Shown piece after piece: positions 25,284 through 32,000 of a stretch of 32,000 nucleotides of DNA. The notes under the pieces are model-generated. The model was not told the origin of the DNA. It did no database searches and saw only the letters and a program-made list of their open reading frames with translations. Location: the NCBI GenBank assembly GCA_963716825.1, contig CAVQUU010000029.1:56767-88766 (forward strand), read 5' to 3'. The position numbers and the translations under genes are program-made. How positions within the stretch are numbered: the stretch's first letter is position 1; each line of letters starts with the position of its first letter. Source of the stretch: an uncultured delta proteobacterium (GTDB lineage: Bacteria > Desulfobacterota > Desulfobacteria > Desulfobacterales > Desulfosarcinaceae).

Positions 25284-25313
25284 TTTTTAGTTCAGACCGG
25301 TCGGTTTTGTCAA
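25284..25313 (-). promoter_or_regulatory. Candidate promoter of the second TetR gene with a GACCGGTC palindrome in the spacer
   Basis: Minus-strand reading TTGACA-AAACCGACCGGTCTGAAC-TAAAAA (18-nt spacer). It shares TTGACAAAA..CGACCGGTC with the promoter at 3439..3466. Confidence 0.45.
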
Positions 25314-25436
25314 TACAAAATATGCAATGGACAAGATCGTTTTTCCGGGTGTTTCACCGCGGAAAAGCACAAGGGGCACTTGACAAGATGTAACAGTTGA
25401 TACAATTTTCAGGTAACAACTGATATTGAGGTTGGA

Positions 25437-26420
25437 ATGACGCCCCTAAAAATTAAAAAATGGTTGCTGTTGATTCACCAAATCCCCCCCACGCCAAATG
25501 CCCTCAGGGTTAAAATATGGCGGCGATTACAACAGGTAGGGGCCGTTGCCATCAAACAGTCGGTATACGTGATGCCCTTTTCAGAGCAGTCACAAGAGGA
25601 TTTGAGCTGGACCCTCAAAGAGATCGTTGCCGGCGGAGGTGACGGATCGATTGGCAGCGTGCACTTTACGGAGGGGCTGACCGATGAACAGGTCATTGCT
25701 CTGTTTCAGACGGCACGCAAGTCGGACTATCAAAAGATCATCCAGGGTGCGAGCACCCTGCTCACGGACTGGTCGACCGGAAAAATCGACCCCCAGGACC
25801 CGGCCGTTAAGGGCCCGGCGCAAGTATTAAGGCTCCAGCGTCGGTTCGATGAGGTGGCAGCCATCGATTTCTTCCAAGCCCCGGAGCGGGGGACTGCTGA
25901 AATCTTAATCCAGGACCTGACGGCACGCCTGTCCGGGCAGGGGTCCAATGAAAGTGCCGCCATGCATGAACTTGACGGCCTGCGAGGTAAAATCTGGGTG
26001 ACGCGAAAAAACCTTTTTGTTGACCGTATCGCCTGCGGTTGGCTGATCCGGCGGTTTGTGGACCGGTCAGCTGTTTTCAAATTCGTCGATGCAGAACCGT
26101 GTACCCCCAAGCCTGACCAAATCCGCTTCGATATGTTCGATGGCGAGTACACCCACGAGGGAGATCGATGCACGTTTGAGGTGATGATCCAGCGCTTTGG
26201 GCTCCAGGATCGGGGGCTTGTCCCTTTGGCCGAAATAATTCACGACATCGACCTGAAGGACACCCGATACGATCATGCCGAAACGGCCGGGTTTAACGCC
26301 CTGTTGACAGGCCTGGCGGCATCCCAGCCGGATGATGACCAGCGCATGACACTGGGGTTGCAGCTCATTGAAAACCTGTATGCCTATTTCCGGAGACAAA
26401 AGGGGAAACAGGCATCCTGA
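25437..26420 (+). CDS. chrB: ChrB-family chromate resistance/regulatory protein
   Basis: N-terminal WLLLIHQIPPTPNALRVKIWRRLQQVGAVAIKQSVYVMP and C-terminal WVTRKNLFVDRIACGWLIRRF ... FEVMIQRFGL, matching the two ChrB domains. chrA lies downstream. Confidence 0.8.
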   Translation: MTPLKIKKWLLLIHQIPPTPNALRVKIWRRLQQVGAVAIKQSVYVMPFSEQSQEDLSWTLKEIVAGGGDGSIGSVHFTEGLTDEQVIALFQTARKSDYQKIIQGASTLLTDWSTGKIDPQDPAVKGPAQVLRLQRRFDEVAAIDFFQAPERGTAEILIQDLTARLSGQGSNESAAMHELDGLRGKIWVTRKNLFVDRIACGWLIRRFVDRSAVFKFVDAEPCTPKPDQIRFDMFDGEYTHEGDRCTFEVMIQRFGLQDRGLVPLAEIIHDIDLKDTRYDHAETAGFNALLTGLAASQPDDDQRMTLGLQLIENLYAYFRRQKGKQAS

Positions 26421-26442
26421 CCAATCGTAAAGGAAACCCGCT

Positions 26443-27705
26443 ATGGGAACTCGCCAACGCATAACGGGCGGCACTGCCGGCGTCTCCGGTTTTCTGGCCC
26501 TTCAGCGCAGCACCGTCGGCGTGCTGGCCATGGTGGTGTTGGTGGGCATGGGCGAACGCATGGCCGAGCGCTTTCTGCCCATTTACATGCTGGCCCTGGG
26601 AGGTGGCGTGCTGGCGATCGGTCTTCTTCAGGCCATGGACAACCTGCTTTCGGCCCTCTACTCATTTCCCGGAGGCTACCTGTCCGATCGTCTGGGCACC
26701 AAGCGTTCGCTGCTGATCTTCAACCTGGTGGCCATGGCCGGATTCGCCCTGGTAATTATGGTCCCGGCCTGGCAGGCGGTGCTGATCGGGGCGGTGCTTT
26801 TTATATCATGGTCGGCCATATCGCTGCCAGCCACCATGAGTCTGATGTACAAAGTGCTGCCGGCCCATAAACGCACCATGGGGGTAACCATGCATTCGCT
26901 GGTGCGCCGCATTCCCATGGCGCTTGGCCCCCTGCTCGGCGGCCTGTTCATCGGCATCTGGGGCGAGCGTGACGGAGTCCGGCTCGCCTTCGGCGTAGCC
27001 CTGATCATGTCCATCGTGGCGCTGCTCCTGCAGCAGCGCATGATCGAAGACGACAGGCCGGATGCGCAGTCCACAGATAATGCCTGCAGTCTAACGCCGG
27101 AGAAAAATCCGTTGAAACTGTTTCGGCTGATGAACCCGTCCATGAAGGGGTTGCTGGCCACCGATATTCTCATCCGTTTTTGCGAGCAAATCCCTTATGC
27201 CTTCGTGGTCGTCTGGAGCATGAAGGTGATAACGGCACCGGTATCGGCTGTGCAGTTCGGTCTGTTGACCACCATCGAAATGGCGACGGCGGTTTTGGTA
27301 TACATCCCGGTGGCCTACCTGGCCGACCGCAGCGCCAAGAAGCCCTTTGTGCTTATCACCTTTGTCTTTTTCACCTTGTTTCCGCTGGTACTTCTTTTCA
27401 GTCGCTCTTTTGAATGGCTGCTCGTGGCGTTTATCCTGCGCGGGCTCAAGGAGTTTGGTGAGCCCACACGCAAGTCCCTGATCATGGATCTCTCACCGAA
27501 CAGCTGCAAGGCCGGGATGTTCGGGCTCTATTATCTGATCCGGGATGTTTTCGTCGCTTTCGCCGCATTGGGCGGGGCGTTTTTATGGCAAATCAGCCCG
27601 CAGACGAACCTGCTTACGGCATTCGTTTTCGGGATCATCGGCACCCTGGGATTTGCGATTTTCGGCCGCGATATCCAGGTGCCCGTATATAGGAAGAAGG
27701 CCTAA
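26443..27705 (+). CDS. MFS transporter
   Basis: 420 aa with about 12 hydrophobic segments and MFS motif A-like GGYLSDRLGTKRSLLI after TM2. Confidence 0.85.
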   Translation: MGTRQRITGGTAGVSGFLALQRSTVGVLAMVVLVGMGERMAERFLPIYMLALGGGVLAIGLLQAMDNLLSALYSFPGGYLSDRLGTKRSLLIFNLVAMAGFALVIMVPAWQAVLIGAVLFISWSAISLPATMSLMYKVLPAHKRTMGVTMHSLVRRIPMALGPLLGGLFIGIWGERDGVRLAFGVALIMSIVALLLQQRMIEDDRPDAQSTDNACSLTPEKNPLKLFRLMNPSMKGLLATDILIRFCEQIPYAFVVVWSMKVITAPVSAVQFGLLTTIEMATAVLVYIPVAYLADRSAKKPFVLITFVFFTLFPLVLLFSRSFEWLLVAFILRGLKEFGEPTRKSLIMDLSPNSCKAGMFGLYYLIRDVFVAFAALGGAFLWQISPQTNLLTAFVFGIIGTLGFAIFGRDIQVPVYRKKA

Positions 27706-27747
27706 GATGGTCGGACGTCCGCGATCGGTCAATGGCAAGGAGACGAC

Positions 27748-29064
27748 ATGACAACCCAATCGATTTCAGAACCTTCCAAACCGGTTTCTTTCAAGGAAGC
27801 CTTAACATTCTGGACCAAGCTGGGCTTTATCAGCTTCGGTGGGCCGGCCGGCCAGATCGCCATCATGCACCAGGAGGTGGTGGAGCGGCGGAAGTGGATC
27901 GGTGAAAACCAGTTTCTGCGGGCGCTCAATTTCTGCATGCTGCTGCCCGGCCCCGAGGCCCAGCAGTTGGCCACCTATATCGGCTGGCGGCTGCATGGTA
28001 CGCTGGGCGGCATCGTCGCCGGTGCGCTTTTCGTGATCCCTTCGATTTTCATCATGCTGCTGCTAAGTTACCTGGCCGTTGCCCACATCGATATTCCGGC
28101 GGTGGCCGCCGCTTTCTACGGCATCCAGCCGGTGGTGGTGGCCGTTGTGATCGAGGCGGTGCTGCGCATCGGCAAGAAGGCACTCAACCATCGCCTGCTC
28201 TATCTCTTTGCGGCCTTGGCCTTCATCGCCATTTTTTTCTTCAATGTCCCCTTTCCCTTGATTGTGGCCGGGGCGGCGGTAGGCGGCCTGCTCCTGCAAC
28301 GCGGGTTGCCGCAGGTCTTCTGCAAAGGCACCTTCGATTTCCAGTCCCGGGAATGCCTTGTCGAAGCGGAAACCGTCAACGGCCAATATAACGTCGCCCC
28401 CTCTTTCGTCCATGTCGTGCGGGTCTTTTGCATCTGCTTTGGACTGTGGGCCCTGGTGGTGGGCAGCCTGTGGGGATTGCGCGGACTCGAAGACACCCTG
28501 ACCCGGATCGCCTTTTTCTTCACCAAGGCCGCCTTCGTCACCTTCGGTGGTGCCTATGCCGTGCTAGCCTACATCACCGATTTCGCCGTGGGCAACAGCT
28601 GGCTAAGCACCGAGCAGATGCTCATCGGCCTTGGCCTGGCCGAATCGACCCCCGGCCCGCTGATCATGGTGACCCAGTACGTGGGATTCGTGGGGGCCTG
28701 GAACCTGCCCGGGGATCTGACCCCGTTGACCGCCGGCGTTCTCGGCGCCCTGATCACCACCTACGTCACCTTTCTGCCCTGCTTTTTTTTCATTTTTGCC
28801 GGCGCACCCTTCATCGAAGCCATGGCCGGCAACCCGCGCATCCAGGCCGCGCTTACCGGTGTCACCGCCGCCGTGGTGGGCGTGATCCTGAACCTGGCCG
28901 TCTGGTTCGGCTACAAGGTGATCCTGCCCGAGGCCGGGGTCGACGGGTTTGCCCTGGCTGCTGCGATTGTCTCGCTGGTGCTGCTTCAGAAATTTCATTT
29001 CCCCATTCAGTACCTGGTGCCCATCGGGGCGGCGGCGGGTGTGGTCTGGCGAATGGTGGGTTAA
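27748..29064 (+). CDS. chrA: Chromate ion transporter ChrA (CHR family, two-domain long form)
   Basis: Two CHR halves: FISFGGPAGQIAIMHQEVVERRKWIGENQFLRALNFCMLLPGPEA and FVTFGGAYAVLAYI...GLGLAESTPGPLIM. SD AAGGAGA. Confidence 0.92.
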   Translation: MTTQSISEPSKPVSFKEALTFWTKLGFISFGGPAGQIAIMHQEVVERRKWIGENQFLRALNFCMLLPGPEAQQLATYIGWRLHGTLGGIVAGALFVIPSIFIMLLLSYLAVAHIDIPAVAAAFYGIQPVVVAVVIEAVLRIGKKALNHRLLYLFAALAFIAIFFFNVPFPLIVAGAAVGGLLLQRGLPQVFCKGTFDFQSRECLVEAETVNGQYNVAPSFVHVVRVFCICFGLWALVVGSLWGLRGLEDTLTRIAFFFTKAAFVTFGGAYAVLAYITDFAVGNSWLSTEQMLIGLGLAESTPGPLIMVTQYVGFVGAWNLPGDLTPLTAGVLGALITTYVTFLPCFFFIFAGAPFIEAMAGNPRIQAALTGVTAAVVGVILNLAVWFGYKVILPEAGVDGFALAAAIVSLVLLQKFHFPIQYLVPIGAAAGVVWRMVG

Positions 29065-29101
29065 CCATCCAACCGGATGCTGCCGGGCCGTCAAGGTCGC
29101 T

Positions 29102-31090
29102 TCACCGTTTGAAGGCCATGAGACGGTGAAACAATCCTTTGATGGTCGGCGTGAGACGCGCGCGATTGTAAGCGTCGCCGCATTGGCGAATCGCCTCGGC
29201 CGCCGTCGGATACGGATGAATCACATTGGCCAGCTTGCCAAGCCCCATGCCACCCTGCATCGCCACGGTGATCTCGCTGATCATATCGCCGGCATGGCTG
29301 CCGACAATGGTTGCCCCCAGGATCTGGTCGGTGCCCTTCTTGACATGAATCTTCACAAAACCCGCTGTCTCACCGTCGACAATGCCCCGGTCGACATCGG
29401 CGAACTCCCGCGTGAAGGTGGCAAATGCGATGTTTCGGTCGTTAAGGTCCTTCTCGTAGAGCCCCACATGCGCCACTTCGGGATCCGTGTAGGTGGCCCA
29501 CGGGACGAGCAGGTTGGAAAATTTGTCACGACCGAAAAACAATGCATTGCGGATCACCAGGCGTGCCCCGAAGTCGGCCATGTGGGTAAACTGGTATCGG
29601 CTGGCGACATCTCCGACCGCGTAAATATCCGGGTTGGTGGTTTGCAGCCTGTCGCTGACCACAACGCCCATGCGCGCATCGTATTCCACACCGGCCTGCT
29701 CGAGACCCAGGCCGTCGACGGTGGGTTTGCGACCCGTGGCGATCAGCAACGCGTCGAATTCCAACCGTTGTTCCGTTTTGCCCTGGTCGAAAACGATGGT
29801 CACCGGCGGTTTTCCATTTTGGCTCTCAACGCCCCGGAAATTGACATGATAGACGAAAGTGACCCCGTCCCGGTGCAGTGCGTTTTCCACAATCGTGGCC
29901 GCGTCCGGGTCTTCTTTGGGCAGAATGGCGTCGCTGCGTGAAAAGACGGACACCTGCGAACCGAGGCGCTGGAACGCCTGGGCCAGTTCGATTCCGATGG
30001 GGCCGGCACCAATCACCGCCAACCGCCGAGGCAGCGCGGTCAAATTAAACACCGTGGCGTTGGTGAGAAAGGGCGCTTCCTTGAGACCCGGAATATTGGG
30101 GATCGCCGCCGTGCCGCCGGTGGCAACCACCGCTTTGGCAAATTTGAGGGTCTTGCCGTTGACTTCGATACGGTTTTTGCCGGTAAATGCACCCTTGCCG
30201 ATAAAAAGATCCACGCCCAGCTGATTGGCGTAGCGTTCGGCCGAGTCGACGGGCGCAATGCTCGCCCGCAGGCGACGCAGGCGCTCCATAACGAAGCCAA
30301 AGTCCACCGAAACGTTGCCATCGATGTTGACGCCGAATTGGGATGCATGGCGCACCGCGGCAGCGGCCTTGGCACAGCGCAGCAACGCCTTGGACGGCAC
30401 GCAGCCAACCGTGAGGCAGTCACCGCCCAACAGGTGCGCTTCGATAAGCGCCACGCGCGCACCCACACCGGCGGCGCCGGCTGCGGAAACCAACCCGCCG
30501 GCACCGGCACCGATCACCACCAGATTGTAGGAAGGCTTGGGCTGAGGGTCTACCCACGCTTTGGGGTGCAGCAGATCCAGGAATTTGGTGTTGTGTTCAT
30601 CCAGCGGTGCAACGCCACAAGCCTCCAGGCTCTCCTGGGCCATATCGGCCAAATCCGGGTCGCGTTCCGGGACAGACGGTTGCAGCACAAGGCCCGGGTC
30701 GCCGGTCGACGTGAGCGGCGATAGGAAATCCGCCCATCTGACGGCGCCGCCATCGGGTTTGCGCGCCACCTTACCGTGGTCCTCATCCGAGGCGAAACGG
30801 TAGAATAGATATTTATTCTCGAAGGGGTGTGCCTGTTGGACGTGATGAAACACACCGGCATTGAGCATCATGTTTCCGATACACAATGCATCGGCTTCGT
30901 CGCTGGCGATCGCTTCTCTCATAAACGTTTCGACCGCCTCGCTGCCCACAAAACACATCCCATACGTTTTCGGTGGGATGCCATACGTCCGATCCCGAAT
31001 GTCGAGGAGACCTTTCACATGCTGGGTCAGTTTTTCAAGGCCATCGCCGTCAAAAGAGGCCTCCTTGTCATTTTGTTTTTCATTGGCCAT
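29102..31090 (-). CDS. DEP-domain-containing class I pyridine nucleotide-disulfide oxidoreductase (mercuric-reductase/dihydrolipoamide-dehydrogenase-like; not a canonical MerA)
   Basis: - N-terminal ~110 aa are DEP-like (IRDRTYGIPPKTYGMCFVGSEAVETFM ... LNAGVFHHVQQAHPFENKYLFYRF).
- FAD fold VVIGAGAGGLVSA, redox CxxxxC GGDCLTVGCVPSK, NAD fold VIGAGPIGIELA, dimerisation HPYPTAAEA.
- No NmerA GMTCxxC and no C-terminal CC pair. Confidence 0.85.
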   Translation of the reverse strand: MANEKQNDKEASFDGDGLEKLTQHVKGLLDIRDRTYGIPPKTYGMCFVGSEAVETFMREAIASDEADALCIGNMMLNAGVFHHVQQAHPFENKYLFYRFASDEDHGKVARKPDGGAVRWADFLSPLTSTGDPGLVLQPSVPERDPDLADMAQESLEACGVAPLDEHNTKFLDLLHPKAWVDPQPKPSYNLVVIGAGAGGLVSAAGAAGVGARVALIEAHLLGGDCLTVGCVPSKALLRCAKAAAAVRHASQFGVNIDGNVSVDFGFVMERLRRLRASIAPVDSAERYANQLGVDLFIGKGAFTGKNRIEVNGKTLKFAKAVVATGGTAAIPNIPGLKEAPFLTNATVFNLTALPRRLAVIGAGPIGIELAQAFQRLGSQVSVFSRSDAILPKEDPDAATIVENALHRDGVTFVYHVNFRGVESQNGKPPVTIVFDQGKTEQRLEFDALLIATGRKPTVDGLGLEQAGVEYDARMGVVVSDRLQTTNPDIYAVGDVASRYQFTHMADFGARLVIRNALFFGRDKFSNLLVPWATYTDPEVAHVGLYEKDLNDRNIAFATFTREFADVDRGIVDGETAGFVKIHVKKGTDQILGATIVGSHAGDMISEITVAMQGGMGLGKLANVIHPYPTAAEAIRQCGDAYNRARLTPTIKGLFHRLMAFKR

Positions 31091-31104
31091 GGTTTTCTCC
31101 TTTT

Positions 31105-31332
31105 CTAACCGCCGGTGGCAAATCCAGGATACAACGTCATGCCGCCATCCACAAACAGGCTGATGCCATTGATATAGTTGACCACCACGTCAGCCCCGGC
31201 ATGACCCAGCGCGATGGCGACGGCCTTGCCGATGCCCGAGTTACCACCGGTAACCAGTGCTTTTTGTCCCTTCAAGATCTTCTCAATCGAGCACTGCGGC
31301 ATAACGACCTTCGGGTATTCTTTTTCACTCAT
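31105..31332 (-). pseudogene. Short-chain dehydrogenase/reductase remnant with a large in-frame internal deletion
   Basis: The 75-aa ORF joins the SDR N-terminus ([30 protein letters not shown]) directly to the SDR C-terminus ([22 protein letters not shown]). The catalytic S...YxxxK core (about 170-190 aa) is absent. Confidence 0.7.
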
Positions 31333-31361
31333 CGTGTCTCTTCATTATATCTTTCTCTCCA

Positions 31362-31541
31362 AAATAAATTCCAATAACAAAGAACCAAATGACAATTAAA
31401 TCAAAATATTCAAACTAAAAATTCAAAACCTTATGGTTTTGGAGAAGTGGAAATTCAATAGTTGGAGAAAAATAAGATGATGATCAACGGTTGGTTTTCG
31501 TCCTTGTTTGATATTTTGATGTTGTCATTTGGAATTTATTT
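31362..31541. repeat. Long imperfect inverted repeat in an AT-rich spacer
   Basis: - AAATAAATTCCAA (31362..31374) pairs with TTGGAATTTATTT (31529..31541).
- CCAAATGACAA (31385..31395) pairs with TTGTCATTTGG (31522..31532).
- ATCAAAATATTCAAAC (about 31400..31415) pairs with GTTTGATATTTTGAT (31507..31521).
- Inner hairpin AAAACC-TTAT-GGTTTT (31425..31440).
- Direct repeats TTGGAGAA (31439..31446, 31462..31469). Confidence 0.6.
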
Positions 31542-31612
31542 GAGATTTGTTGTTTGTTGTTTGTCATTTTATATGTTGGTGCTTGCAGTTGGTCGTTTCT
31601 GCTTTGTCCAGG

Positions 31613-32000
31613 TTACGCCATAACCTGGCTTCCCCCCGACTGCTGAATCAATTTGGCCACCTCACCCAGATTCAGCATGCGTCCTGATCCGGTGGGACAT
31701 TCCACCTTGAGCGAATCCCCATAGTAGTGGTGGTATTTCTGCAACGATTCGATCAGCAGGTAGTTGATCGGAAACCAGATGGGCCCGCGCCAGTTGGAAT
31801 TGCCGCCGAACAGCCCGCTTTGCGATTCAGCCGGCTGGTAGTCGATGGTATGGGACACGCCGTCCACGGTGAAGGTGTAGGGCCGGTCCCGGTGAAATTT
31901 GGAAACCGAGCGGATACCGTAGGGGGATAAAAATTCCTCTTCATCCAGCATGGGCCCCAAGACCTTGACCAGGCGTTCCCGATTGACGATGGAGAGCAAC
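31613..32000 (-). CDS. (alpha/alpha)6-barrel glycoside hydrolase (GH63 / GDE_C-like), C-terminal part; gene continues past the window end
   Basis: [12 protein letters not shown] ... [22 protein letters not shown] is typical of the C-terminal catalytic barrel of GH63/MGH1-like glucosidases. The ORF is open at nt 32000. Confidence 0.7.
   Translation of the reverse strand, partial: LLSIVNRERLVKVLGPMLDEEEFLSPYGIRSVSKFHRDRPYTFTVDGVSHTIDYQPAESQSGLFGGNSNWRGPIWFPINYLLIESLQKYHHYYGDSLKVECPTGSGRMLNLGEVAKLIQQSGGSQVMA

Noticed and set aside
29102-31090. Calling this gene merA (mercuric reductase) to pair with hgcAB
   Set aside because: It lacks the NmerA GMTCxxC domain and the C-terminal vicinal Cys pair essential for Hg(II) reduction. 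No merR/merT/merP are nearby. Only the generic class I disulfide reductase core is present.
1-32000. CRISPR arrays, tRNA/rRNA genes, integrases/transposases, toxin-antitoxin pairs of type II
   Set aside because: No regularly spaced direct repeats, no tRNA-like T-arm/acceptor patterns outside coding DNA, and no recombinase-like translations were seen in any frame. The low-GC island has no recognisable mobility gene.

Overview
High-GC (about 60% by spot counts) chromosomal segment. Its gene content fits an anaerobic, Desulfobacterota-like organism, but that assignment is inference only. About 27 genes are supported.

Main content, left to right:
- Frameshifted DMT-like membrane gene and an RNase-H-fold exonuclease.
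- nemR/nemA-like TetR + Old Yellow Enzyme pair with a repeated operator.
- About 5.5 kb low-GC island (~3560..9118). It holds a GntR/FCD gene with an in-frame TGA, a decayed MBL-fold remnant, and one intact 1134-aa double-zinc-ribbon + class III nucleotidyl cyclase + STAND/AAA_16 NTPase + TPR gene.
- ABM-domain gene, a NUDIX-SurE-M3-like peptidase unit and an HD phosphohydrolase.
- The mercury-methylation pair hgcA/hgcB, preceded by a tightly coupled 70-aa two-TM Cys protein.
- Minus-strand acyl-CoA cluster: TetR, ACAD, frameshifted IcmF-type fused mutase, thiolase, Hbd, XRE-cupin, ACAD, ACT.
- chrB-MFS-chrA.
- DEP-domain flavoprotein disulfide reductase, an SDR with a large in-frame deletion, an AT-rich inverted-repeat spacer, and a partial glycoside hydrolase.

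Most interesting signals:
1. A ~145-nt rod-like palindromic element fills the hgcA-hgcB spacer. A second copy lies in the thiolase-hbd spacer, and compensatory base-pair changes between the copies preserve the stems.
2. The small Cys-bearing membrane protein coupled to hgcA, and a Cys-pair-rich N-terminal extension on HgcA.
3. The orphan cyclase-STAND-TPR gene in the foreign-composition island, with a non-canonical Glu/Lys substrate-specifying pair.

No CRISPR array, tRNA/rRNA gene, integrase or transposase was recognised. No searches or computations were run; all family calls rest on motifs read from the translations.
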